The notes beneath the pieces are model-generated. The model was not told where the DNA came from, did not search any database, and was given only the letters and a program-made list of their open reading frames with translations. A stretch of DNA of 64,000 nt from a virus (lineage: Duplodnaviria; Caudoviricetes), in IMG/VR virus record IMGVR_UViG_3300037751_000591, positions 38,737-102,736 of that record; one strand, 5' to 3'. The position numbers and the translations under genes were made by a program. This document shows positions 9,076 to 18,152 of this stretch, one piece after another; the first letter of the stretch is position 1, and each line of letters begins with the position of its first letter.

Positions 9076-11314
9076 GGTTGGCGGTCGACTGCGGCGCGTC
9101 GGCGTCGCAAGAGGCGGCGAGGGTTCTGGCCATCATGGCCATCGCGGGCGTCCGGGCGAGGTTGGGGGGTCTGCGCCTTCGAGCGAGACCGTCATTGAAG
9201 TCGGCGATGTGGGAGAAGCGCCGGGCAGCCGCGTGGCAGATAAGCAGGCTGCTCGAAGTGCTGTAAGGGAACTCCGCGAGCGAGGCACAATCAGCCCTCT
9301 CGATCCCCGCGACATCGTGTTTGGCGTACGGCACGATGATGACGAAACATCAGTTGTTGTTGTGAACGTCAGCGAGTGGCAGGGGACCATGCACCTAGAG
9401 TCGATCATGGTCCCGACGGACGAACAGGGAAGAGGGGCGGCGTCGTTCATTCTTGACGAGATTCTCATTCCGACCGCCGATAAGTACGGCGTGGAGATCA
9501 CCGCCATTGCAGAGCCAATCGGCGAGTCGGGCCTGCCGAAGAAGGCGCTCATTCGATGGTATCTGCGGCACGGTTTTGAGCTAGTGGACACGCCGGGCGG
9601 CGACGATATCATTTATCGGCCCCAAGGGGCCGCCGTTGCGAGAGGCGGTCCGGGGTCAGGCCACTTTGGGCACGAAGGCCGGATTGGTGAGGTTGGGGGC
9701 AGCCAACCATCCGGCGGCGATACACTTGCTGTCGCGCCCCCATCCGATTACCGCAGCCGAGACTGGCGTGCTGTGGCCGACGGATTTCAGCGCACGGCCA
9801 GCCGGCTCTCGCCATTTGAAATGACCAAGGCCAACTTCACGGGGTTCTGGCTATCGCCAGACGGCGAGATTTACCGGGTGCAGGGCATGAGGCACAACGA
9901 GGTCGCCGAGGAAGCTATCGAGGCGGCCCGCGACCAGTTGAGTCCGTCTGTTCTCGAATATTACCAAGAGCTAAAGCAGAGCTTCCTCACTGACTCGCCG
10001 GCCCTCGACGTGACCTTGGAGCTAGGGTTCATTCGGGGCTGGATGTCGGCGGCAAATGGCCCGAAAGAGATTTCCATTACCATCGACGAAGCGGCGACCG
10101 ACCTGCGCCGAGCACAGAAACAGACGCTGCTCGACATCTTCTCAGTGGCCCCTGACCGCGAATATGACTTTGTGTGGGCCGTCTATCCGACGGGCGGCAG
10201 TCACATGCCGATTGAGAGCGGCAGAGACCGCGACGAGTTCATGGCCCGGTTCGGCATGATCCAGCGCCAGTTCACACCACCGCAGCCGGACATGATCGCT
10301 CGCGCACTGGCCGGCTTCAACAATGCGCTCAGCGTTGTTGAAGCGATGCTTACACGTGGTGGTCCGGGCAGTGGGCACCGCGGCCACAAAGGACGGCCGG
10401 GCAAGGTGGGGGGGTCGCAGCCGTCAGGAGGGGGAGCGCCGACCGAGGGCGACAGGCTTGACGATGAGCGCAGGCGTGCCGTCGACATGTTCAGGGCAGG
10501 CAAGGGAACGCCAGAAGGCTTGGCTCTGCTGCTGGACGACTTAGAATGGAACGGCTCGCCTGAGCATGTGGAAATAGCGGCACAACGGGCCGGCATTCCC
10601 TTTTGGGACATATACCGATTTGTTGAGGCCCTCAGGACTACGAGAATGTCGTATGTTGCTATGCAACTGAACCTTTACGCCGAGGGTATGCCCGAGTTCG
10701 CTGACATCATGAGCACGCAGGCCGACTTTGTGGATGAGCCTCTCAATGGTCAGTTCCGCAGAGCGGATATTCCTTGGGGAATGCCCGACCGCGATCCGGC
10801 CCTTGTCGAGCGCCTGAATGAGATCGAGGCCGAGATCGGCGAACTCGACTATGAAGTGGCATACGTTCTGACCCCCGGCGGCGACGTGATACTGCACAAG
10901 GAAGGCACGGTCGACGAGGTTAGATTTTCGGAAGAAGAGATCGCGTTGATGGAAGGCGCTGTCATGATCCACAACCATCCATCGAACTCGGCCTTTTCCG
11001 ACGACGACATAAACATTGCCGTTGATGCCGGCGCTTTAGAAACGATAGTTGTTGGCCGAGGCGGGAAGCGCTATATCATGGGGCTTGGCGGATACGTCGG
11101 CGACGTGGACCGGGAAGTAGTCCGGCGTCAGGCCATTGGCTATTATCACTCAGCCGACTTCCCGGTTCGGCAGGTGTTTGGCCCGCTGGTCGAGCAACAC
11201 CGCCTTTCCCCCGTGCACGCCAGCTTTTATCATGGTATTGAGCAGTGGTTGCGGGTCGAGCGCGAAATGCCAGACCACATCGATTTCGTTTATCAAAACA
11301 AGGATATGAAGTGA
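9056..11314 (+). CDS. Tag-B polyprotein: GNAT acetyltransferase, WxxPDG domain, JAB/MPN domain
   Basis: GTG 9056 follows GGAG. Three tag-B copies. LESIMVPTDEQGRGAAS...LIRWYLRHGF (GNAT); FWLSPDG...H...GFIR; E...IHNHPSNSAFSDDD (JAB). Confidence 0.8.
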   Translation: MTIQTVEVGGRLRRVGVARGGEGSGHHGHRGRPGEVGGSAPSSETVIEVGDVGEAPGSRVADKQAARSAVRELRERGTISPLDPRDIVFGVRHDDDETSVVVVNVSEWQGTMHLESIMVPTDEQGRGAASFILDEILIPTADKYGVEITAIAEPIGESGLPKKALIRWYLRHGFELVDTPGGDDIIYRPQGAAVARGGPGSGHFGHEGRIGEVGGSQPSGGDTLAVAPPSDYRSRDWRAVADGFQRTASRLSPFEMTKANFTGFWLSPDGEIYRVQGMRHNEVAEEAIEAARDQLSPSVLEYYQELKQSFLTDSPALDVTLELGFIRGWMSAANGPKEISITIDEAATDLRRAQKQTLLDIFSVAPDREYDFVWAVYPTGGSHMPIESGRDRDEFMARFGMIQRQFTPPQPDMIARALAGFNNALSVVEAMLTRGGPGSGHRGHKGRPGKVGGSQPSGGGAPTEGDRLDDERRRAVDMFRAGKGTPEGLALLLDDLEWNGSPEHVEIAAQRAGIPFWDIYRFVEALRTTRMSYVAMQLNLYAEGMPEFADIMSTQADFVDEPLNGQFRRADIPWGMPDRDPALVERLNEIEAEIGELDYEVAYVLTPGGDVILHKEGTVDEVRFSEEEIALMEGAVMIHNHPSNSAFSDDDINIAVDAGALETIVVGRGGKRYIMGLGGYVGDVDREVVRRQAIGYYHSADFPVRQVFGPLVEQHRLSPVHASFYHGIEQWLRVEREMPDHIDFVYQNKDMK

Positions 11315-12342
11315 GCTACGTCATTGATCGAGCGGTCAGTCGGGGGGCCTACTACGTGGCCGGCGAAGGCTACCGCCGGACCGAGCTTACATGGGAGCAG
11401 TTCGACAGCCTCTTGGCTGGCGAATCTATCGTGGTTGACGGCCAGACCATTGATCCTAGCGACCCGTTCAACCCCGTGCTGCCCTATGAGGACTACCCTA
11501 TCGACAGCAGCGATCCGTTGCAGAGATTGACGGAGCGTGGCGGGCCGGGGTCAGGGCATCGTGGGCACAAGGGCAGGCCCGGACAGGTCGGGGGGTCGCA
11601 ACCTAGCGTCGGCAGCGCCGCCGGCGAGGCAGAGGCCGACGCAGGATTTGAGCGCCACGGCACGACCAAAGAGGTCTATCAAGAGCTACTTGATCGAGCG
11701 CGTGCAATGAACAACGAAGGTCGATTTGCCCATGTTGGCCGCGACATCAAAACGGGCGAATACCTGCTGTTTACCGAGCGCGAATCGGCGGTCGAGCATC
11801 AGGGCAACAACATTCGCCACATTGGTTATGAGCAGTTCTATGCTTTCACGCCCATCGAAATGATGTTTCACAAGAGCGGGGACCAAAGCAACGTCACCTT
11901 TGATGGCGATGAAATGAGCGATCTAAAAGCCTTCGGAACAATGTCAGAAGAAGACTACGACGATCACATGATTGTCATTCACAATCATCCCGAAAGAGTG
12001 GGCGAGTTTATGCCGCCGTCGCCGAGCGACCTTCGGGCCAGCGCCCTCATGTACGCTGCCGAGTCGCGTGTCTACACCGGCGATGGGACCTACACGCTGC
12101 GCTTGGGGCAACTAGGGAATCGGGCAGCGTCGCAGATAATGAAAGCGTTTTGGATTTTCGACGAGACCAACTTTTCAGATCGATTTCCCGAGCTAACAGG
12201 CCACGGCGGGGAAGCACAAGAGGATTATGTCATAGCAAACAGCCTTGGCGACGAATTGAAAGAGTACCAGCTAGAACGACTCGCTTATGTGGCCGAACGA
12301 TTGCCGTGGGTGTCCATTGAGTTTGAGCCAATCGATGAGTGA
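11311..12342 (+). CDS. Tag-B effector with JAB/MPN domain
   Basis: GTG overlaps the upstream stop. Tag at 11536. IHNHP...PSPSDL. Confidence 0.75.
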   Translation: MSYVIDRAVSRGAYYVAGEGYRRTELTWEQFDSLLAGESIVVDGQTIDPSDPFNPVLPYEDYPIDSSDPLQRLTERGGPGSGHRGHKGRPGQVGGSQPSVGSAAGEAEADAGFERHGTTKEVYQELLDRARAMNNEGRFAHVGRDIKTGEYLLFTERESAVEHQGNNIRHIGYEQFYAFTPIEMMFHKSGDQSNVTFDGDEMSDLKAFGTMSEEDYDDHMIVIHNHPERVGEFMPPSPSDLRASALMYAAESRVYTGDGTYTLRLGQLGNRAASQIMKAFWIFDETNFSDRFPELTGHGGEAQEDYVIANSLGDELKEYQLERLAYVAERLPWVSIEFEPIDE

Positions 12343-13255
12343 AACTTTCATACTCGACGAAGATATGTTGCGCGTTACTCCCGCCGGGCCGGTTCCCGAT
12401 TTGAGCGGGGAGCCAGTCGAGCGCGGCGGTCCCGGCAGTGGCCATCATGGCCATAAGGGTAGGCCCGGATCGGTCGGAGGTTCGCTGCCGCGGATGGGCA
12501 ATCCCATTCCCGAGAAACCGGGGTTCAACTACGGCGGCGCATGGGACCTGATTGAATCGTTGCCGAAGACAGAGCGGTGGGACATCATTCGCGAGGCGTA
12601 CGAGGTCACGGACTCGGTTCACTTCGCGCCTGTGCCTGACGGCGTTGATCCGCTGCCTTGGCGCGAAACTAGGGCGCTGTCGAAGGGCGGGTCATTTCGA
12701 TGGGGGGTGTTTGGCCCGCTGGATATTGCATTCAATTTGCAGACCGGCGGGGAGCACTATGGCAATTATCCGATGCTGAATGCCGTCCATGAATACGGGC
12801 ACTTCATGGATATGCTGCTTGGGACAAGCCAAGACCCGACCGGCTATTTTCGTTACCTGTTCGGATCGAAAACAGCGCTGACTGCGGCAGGCTTGCGCGA
12901 CCCCCTGATTGTCAGTGCCTACCAAGAACTATTCTCCGTGGCACGCGCTTCGGATGGCGTACAACAACTTGCGCAATACGACAATTGGCGCTGGACCGAT
13001 TCGCGGGGCTACCAGCATGAAACGAATCAAGCCAGTGCGCTTAAATGGTTGTCCACGGTCGAAATCTTTGCCAGAAGCTATACCCAATGGGTTGCCGAAC
13101 GGTCAGGCAACGAGCGCTTGCAAGGTCAGGTGCGCGGCTGGCGCGAGGCTTGGCGCGACGGCGGCGGTCCCGATCTGCAATGGGATACTGACGACTTCCA
13201 GCCGATAGGCGAGGCCATGGACAACCTGTTCAAAGTGGCAGGGCTTCTCAAATGA
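12335..13255 (+). CDS. Tag-B effector, zincin/LPD1-like domain
   Basis: Tag at 12422. HEYGHFMD, EIFARSYTQWV and C-terminal IGEAMDNLF resemble large-polyvalent-protein domain 1. Confidence 0.7.
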   Translation: MSETFILDEDMLRVTPAGPVPDLSGEPVERGGPGSGHHGHKGRPGSVGGSLPRMGNPIPEKPGFNYGGAWDLIESLPKTERWDIIREAYEVTDSVHFAPVPDGVDPLPWRETRALSKGGSFRWGVFGPLDIAFNLQTGGEHYGNYPMLNAVHEYGHFMDMLLGTSQDPTGYFRYLFGSKTALTAAGLRDPLIVSAYQELFSVARASDGVQQLAQYDNWRWTDSRGYQHETNQASALKWLSTVEIFARSYTQWVAERSGNERLQGQVRGWREAWRDGGGPDLQWDTDDFQPIGEAMDNLFKVAGLLK

Positions 13256-14424
13256 CTCTCTACCCGCTAACCGACGACCTGATTTTCGTTGATGGCGACA
13301 ACGAGTTTGAATACATCGGGCCGTCCATCATGGTCGAGCGCGGCGGTCCGGGGTCGGGGCATCATGGGCATGAAGGCAGGCCGGGCGAGGTTGGCGGCAG
13401 CCGGCCGAGCGGCAAGCGTGGCGCGCAGTTCAGCGAGACTCCGGCGCTGGCAGTCGAAACCTACCTGCGGCGCGTCGTTACAAGCCGGCCGCAGTTTTCC
13501 ATTCGGGTCATTGGCGATGAACCGCAGCCGATTGATGTCAGCACGTTCGCTGACGCCGTGCGCGCATGGGATGCTGATGGCCGCCGCGGCCATATCGAAG
13601 TTGTTGACCCTGAGCGCGCCTTTTGGGCCAGCTTCGGCTTTCAGGAGAGCCTTGACGTCGACGCCGTAGAAGATTGGGACGCCGAATTTCAGATGTTTGT
13701 GGACGTTCACGACTACATGCTGCAAGCGCTGAACGATCCAGAGTTTGCGAATCTGACGGCCCAAATCGACCGCCGCGGTAGCTACATGGTAGAAGCCGCC
13801 GAACGCGCCCTTGCCCGTTGGAACGAGGCTCGCGCTCGAGGCGAGGAAATCGGACGTTTTGACGGGCCGGCAGGCTACAACATTATTTTCACCAATGACC
13901 GCGACTATGTTGGGGCCGGATCGAACAACGTGGGGCAGCTTGGCGGCAGGGTGTTCTGGCAGCCGCTGAGCATTGCGGAAGAGGATGCCGCGCTCGGCGA
14001 GGCCTCGTTCAACTTTGGCCTATCGCCGGCATATGTCCAGTTCCATGAAATGCACCACGGGTTCGGGTCGGACACCGAGCTTGATCGCTTTTCCGACCTC
14101 ATCAGCCTAGACTTCTACATGAGGCGCTACGAGGATTTGCCGGGTTACATGCAGGCGGCGGTTGTGGACAAGGCATTCCAAACGTACTATTGGGGAACCG
14201 GTCGCCTGAGCGGCAGATGGCGCGAGACGCGGCTTGCATCCCGTAGAGCAAGCGCTTGGCTTTACAACCGCTATCCCGAGTTCTATGGTCAGGCCATCGA
14301 AGAACGGCGGGCCTATGTCGCCGACGACTCTGGCGACGTTCCTTACTCTTACTGGCTGGATGATCCAGACACCAGCGGCGGCCGGCTGCGGCGTTGGTCG
14401 AGAGAGTACCGGGCGAAACCATGA
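13252..14424 (+). CDS. Tag-B effector, putative HExxH metallopeptidase
   Basis: Tag at 13339. FHEMHHG motif. Confidence 0.65.
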   Translation: MTLYPLTDDLIFVDGDNEFEYIGPSIMVERGGPGSGHHGHEGRPGEVGGSRPSGKRGAQFSETPALAVETYLRRVVTSRPQFSIRVIGDEPQPIDVSTFADAVRAWDADGRRGHIEVVDPERAFWASFGFQESLDVDAVEDWDAEFQMFVDVHDYMLQALNDPEFANLTAQIDRRGSYMVEAAERALARWNEARARGEEIGRFDGPAGYNIIFTNDRDYVGAGSNNVGQLGGRVFWQPLSIAEEDAALGEASFNFGLSPAYVQFHEMHHGFGSDTELDRFSDLISLDFYMRRYEDLPGYMQAAVVDKAFQTYYWGTGRLSGRWRETRLASRRASAWLYNRYPEFYGQAIEERRAYVADDSGDVPYSYWLDDPDTSGGRLRRWSREYRAKP

Positions 14425-14633
14425 CAGAGCTAATTGAGTCCTCGACCGACAGGCGAATCCCGGTCGAGTTGGTGACGACAGAGCAGACAGCGGCCTTCGC
14501 CTCGGCCTTCAACGCCCTGATCCTGCGTGGCCTTGCGGAAGACGACGCCCTCGAAGAGGCCTTCGCGGCGGCCATCACCCCCGAGCAGCGGGCCGCTGCC
14601 ATGGGCGAAGACTCCCTCTACATCCCCGAATAA
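14421..14633 (+). CDS. Small hypothetical protein
   Basis: ATGA overlap with the upstream stop; 70 aa. Confidence 0.55.
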   Translation: MTELIESSTDRRIPVELVTTEQTAAFASAFNALILRGLAEDDALEEAFAAAITPEQRAAAMGEDSLYIPE

Positions 14634-14638
14634 TCGTT

Positions 14639-14691
14639 CCTTCCCTATGGTGCATTTGTACTTTCGCGGTCTGGCATATCCGGCCTAGACT
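14639..14691 (+). promoter_or_regulatory. Candidate activator-dependent late promoter (copy 1)
   Basis: CCTTCCCTATGGTGCATTTGTACTTTCGCG, then 17 nt, then TAGACT. A near-identical copy starts at 36489. Confidence 0.65.
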
Positions 14692-14708
14692 GTGATAACG
14701 GAGGTTCC

Positions 14709-16220
14709 ATGCCTGCTGCCGCGACTGCTGAGCTTGTCCAGCGCCCGAAGGACGTGAAGGCCCCTGATACGCTGTCGGGCCACGCAGCCGATATCTGGCG
14801 CAGCGCTTTTCTGAGCGCATACAGCGACACCTGCAAGAACCGCGATGATCGTGACGCCTGTGCTGCGAAGATCGCATGGTCGGCGGTCAAGCAGAGCTAT
14901 CGCAAGAACAAGGAAGGCCAATGGGTTGAGAGGGCTGCCGACCCGAACGTTGCGGCGGTTGATACTGGCGCTGTGGACGGCGGTGCGTTTGCAACGCCGG
15001 TCGAACCCGACCGACCGATCATCCCGACGCCGCAGAATCTGACACGGGGAGAAGCAGAGGTTTGGAACCGTGTCTATCTCGAAGCAGTCAAGGGCGCATG
15101 TGCGCAGCAGGATAATCCGCAGGCATGCGCAGCGCGAGAGGCTTGGGAGGCGGTCAAGGCATTCGGCGAAGAAGCCGAGCTAGATGACGAGATCACCGCC
15201 GAGCCGGAAGATGAAGAGGAACCGACCGAAGATGAAGAGGCGGATGCCGAGGATGAAGCCGCCGAGGGCGAACCGGCAGACGATGAAGAGGCGGTAGACG
15301 ACGAAGAAGTGGGCGACGCGAAAGAATCAGCCGAGGCGGACACTGGTGAGGAAGAAGCCCCGGCGGACGCAGAGGAAGAGGAAGCAGAGGCGGAGCCAGC
15401 CGAGGAAGAAGAACCGGCTGACGAAGAAGCTGAATCCGAGGAAGACGAGGAAGAGGAAGACGAAAAGGATCAGCGCCGCCGCGTCCGCAAATCACTGTCA
15501 GAGCGCAGTGACGGTCTGACAGGCAAGGGAGGCACCATGGCCCCGAAGGAACAGGTCTACACCGAACGCCAGATGCAGGCGCTGATCGCCGCCGGCCGCG
15601 CCATGCCGGATGGCCGTCTGCCGATTGTTTCCAAGGCAGACGTTTCGGCAGCCGTTGAGTCGTTCGCCAAGGCCAACGCAGCCGATCCCGCTGTCATTCG
15701 ACACATCATCGTTCGCGCCGGCTCGCTCGGCGCGCTTGAACTGCTGCCGGATACGTGGATCAATCGCGGCACGGCAACCATGATTTCCAAGGTTGACGAG
15801 CAGTGGTTGAAGGCGGCTGTGACCCGCATCGCCGAGACCCTCGATGACCTGCAATGGCTGAGCGGCATCGGCGAAGACACGACCATCACGCGCCCGACGG
15901 ATATTCCTTCGACGGTGTGGCGCACGCTGCCGGCCATCGAGCGCAGCGCTCGGGCCGAATACCTGCGCACCTTTGTGCGCCGGATGTACGAGCAGGCCGT
16001 TGACGACATGCGCGTTGCGGGATGGCGGGCTGAGCCGATGGTTGGCCGCCCCCATGAGTTTCAGTTCAAGAAGTTCGTGGAAACTGGCGAAGGCCCGCTG
16101 CTTGTGCGCGCCATTCTTGTGCGCAAGGCCGGCACGAAGGTTTGGCTGCCGCGCGAGATCAGCCGCGGCGCATCGCTTTCGACAGCGGTCATGATGCTGC
16201 CGGATGAGTTGCGCCCGTGA
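14709..16220 (+). CDS. Head-associated protein: 2x ChaB-like domain, acidic linker, DUF6582-like domain
   Basis: HAADIWRSAFLSAY...AAKIAWSAVKQSYRK (ChaB) plus a second similar repeat. AMPDGRLPI...RHIIVRAGSLGA..LLPDTW. GGAGG RBS. Confidence 0.7.
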   Translation: MPAAATAELVQRPKDVKAPDTLSGHAADIWRSAFLSAYSDTCKNRDDRDACAAKIAWSAVKQSYRKNKEGQWVERAADPNVAAVDTGAVDGGAFATPVEPDRPIIPTPQNLTRGEAEVWNRVYLEAVKGACAQQDNPQACAAREAWEAVKAFGEEAELDDEITAEPEDEEEPTEDEEADAEDEAAEGEPADDEEAVDDEEVGDAKESAEADTGEEEAPADAEEEEAEAEPAEEEEPADEEAESEEDEEEEDEKDQRRRVRKSLSERSDGLTGKGGTMAPKEQVYTERQMQALIAAGRAMPDGRLPIVSKADVSAAVESFAKANAADPAVIRHIIVRAGSLGALELLPDTWINRGTATMISKVDEQWLKAAVTRIAETLDDLQWLSGIGEDTTITRPTDIPSTVWRTLPAIERSARAEYLRTFVRRMYEQAVDDMRVAGWRAEPMVGRPHEFQFKKFVETGEGPLLVRAILVRKAGTKVWLPREISRGASLSTAVMMLPDELRP

Positions 16221-18064
16221 CAAAGGCGGTAGCTCGCGACGTTGCCCCGAGCGGCAACAAAAACGCCGGCCAGATCACGCTTGACAGGGAAGACCGCAAG
16301 CTGACGAAGGCCGAAGCCGGCTTTCAAGAGAGAGGCGGCATCCCCGAGCTTCGCTGCGGGGACTGCCACTACTTCACGGGCAGCGGCTGTCGCATTGTTG
16401 AAGGCTCTATTGACGCCGACGACGTATGTGACCAGTTTGAGCCGGCGAGGGAGAAGGGCAGTATGTCTTCACAGATCGCGACCGCGGTAGGCAGGGCCGG
16501 TGATCTTCCCCGCGTGGAAATGTTTATCAACCGCGTGTCGGAGAACCCGCAGACCGGCGAGCGGCGCTGGTACTCGACTGCCTCGGGAACGAAGAAGGAC
16601 CGCTACGAAGAACGCATGTCGGTCGCGCTGTTTAAGGATTTCATCCGCAGGGCCGAAAGCCGCGAGCCGGCACCGGCCCCGTTCATATCCGAGGCTTGGA
16701 ATGGCGGCCTGCCCTATCTCGGGGTCGCCCATTATCTTGACCTGAATGGCGACGGAATCGTTGGCCCGACCGAGCGGGTGTGGGTCGACGGATCGGTTTT
16801 CAAGGCACGCGGAACATTCGATGATGGTCCGCTGGCGCAGGCGGCCTACGAATCCATCAAAAGGGACATTGAAAACAACATTCCCCAAGACGAGCGCGTG
16901 CGGATTTCCATTGCATTCCTTGATTATGGGCACGATCATGAGGGGCGCGGTTCCTTTGAGCGCAAGGCGCTTACGGATACGTGCCCGATGTGCACGTCTG
17001 GCGTCGGCGAGAAGGTCTACAAGGCCGGCCACTTGGTTCATCTGGCGCTCACGCGCAGCCCGGCCTATGTGGAAACCTCGATTGAATTAGAGGAGCGGAG
17101 CAGCATGAAAACTAGGCGCGACGACGCGGCCAGCATTGTCGGCGACGATCTTGCCGATGAGCTAGAAAAGCGTCAACTCGAATCCCTCACAGCGCGTAGC
17201 GAGAATGCGGGAATCGACCCCCGCGCCATCGTTGTAAAGCGGGGTGAGGATGAGGGCGACGAAGCCAAAGGCACCGGCAGCGCCGCCTCGGAGCGCGAGG
17301 GGGACCGTTACAAGAGCACGCTGCTTGGCGGCGCGCTTACGCTCGACGACGCGGAAGCAGCGCTCGCCGAGCGGTCGGCCGACGATCCATTTGTGGACCA
17401 ATGGGATGTGCTCAGCGTCGTGCTGTGCAACATCGCCGGTCCCGAGAAGGCCGACCAGATCAGGGGAGTCCTTTCGGATTTCCAAAGTCAGGTTGACGTG
17501 ATGACGGCCAAGGCGGTCATCAACATCAACAACGTGCTCGAAGCGGAAACAGCAGCCGAGCAGCCCGCGCCTGCCGCTGCCAGTGCCGCCATTGAGCGCA
17601 GTGAACATCAGGAGGTACACGTGACCCATCCACTCGACGAAGCAGTGGCTGGACTCGTGGAAGCATACGACGAGGCTGTGGCGACACCACTGGACTCGGC
17701 CTCTCGACTTGCCATGATCCAGCCGGCCATCAACGCCGTCGGTGAAGCCATTACGCGCTCAGTCAGCACGCAGGCTGCGCCTGCTGCTGAGGGCGGTGCT
17801 GGCGTCGACGCCAATGCGCTGATGAGCATGATCCAAGAAGCGCTCGCGCCCATTCAGGCCGATATCGCTTCCCTTAAAAGCACGACCACGGTTGAGCGCG
17901 CTGCACCGCGCACCCCGCGCATTCCGGCCCCACGTGGCTACCAGCCCGTAGGTCCGGGGCAGGTGGTTCGCAACGCCGGCGGGGAAATGCCGCCGGTCGC
18001 ACCCACCGTGAAGCGAAGCAAGCTGTCATCGCTCGTTCGGCGATCCGTAGGGTTGCAGAACTAG
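16217..18064 (+). CDS. Prohead protease-scaffold fusion with N-terminal HiPIP-like Cys domain
   Basis: Directly upstream of the capsid gene. ASGTKKDRYEERMS, GVAHY, RISIAF and HLALTRSPAY fit an HK97-like (S78-type) protease. C-terminus is an Ala/Glu-rich helical scaffold. Confidence 0.75.
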   Translation: MTKAVARDVAPSGNKNAGQITLDREDRKLTKAEAGFQERGGIPELRCGDCHYFTGSGCRIVEGSIDADDVCDQFEPAREKGSMSSQIATAVGRAGDLPRVEMFINRVSENPQTGERRWYSTASGTKKDRYEERMSVALFKDFIRRAESREPAPAPFISEAWNGGLPYLGVAHYLDLNGDGIVGPTERVWVDGSVFKARGTFDDGPLAQAAYESIKRDIENNIPQDERVRISIAFLDYGHDHEGRGSFERKALTDTCPMCTSGVGEKVYKAGHLVHLALTRSPAYVETSIELEERSSMKTRRDDAASIVGDDLADELEKRQLESLTARSENAGIDPRAIVVKRGEDEGDEAKGTGSAASEREGDRYKSTLLGGALTLDDAEAALAERSADDPFVDQWDVLSVVLCNIAGPEKADQIRGVLSDFQSQVDVMTAKAVININNVLEAETAAEQPAPAAASAAIERSEHQEVHVTHPLDEAVAGLVEAYDEAVATPLDSASRLAMIQPAINAVGEAITRSVSTQAAPAAEGGAGVDANALMSMIQEALAPIQADIASLKSTTTVERAAPRTPRIPAPRGYQPVGPGQVVRNAGGEMPPVAPTVKRSKLSSLVRRSVGLQN

Positions 18065-18152
18065 CGGGAGTCAGAAATCATCCAAGTCCTGTGGGCCTAG
18101 CAAGGCGTTAAGCGGGACCGAGACCGAAGAACGGACACAGGAGACTTAGAAG

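Larger units (their letters stand above)
3841..13407 (+). repeat. Dispersed coding repeat, tag B: R-GG[PE]GSGHxxHxGRxGx[VI]GGSxP (7 copies)
   Basis: Copies start (Arg codon) at 3841, 9110, 9641, 10355, 11536, 12422 and 13339, across five ORFs. Confidence 0.95.
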
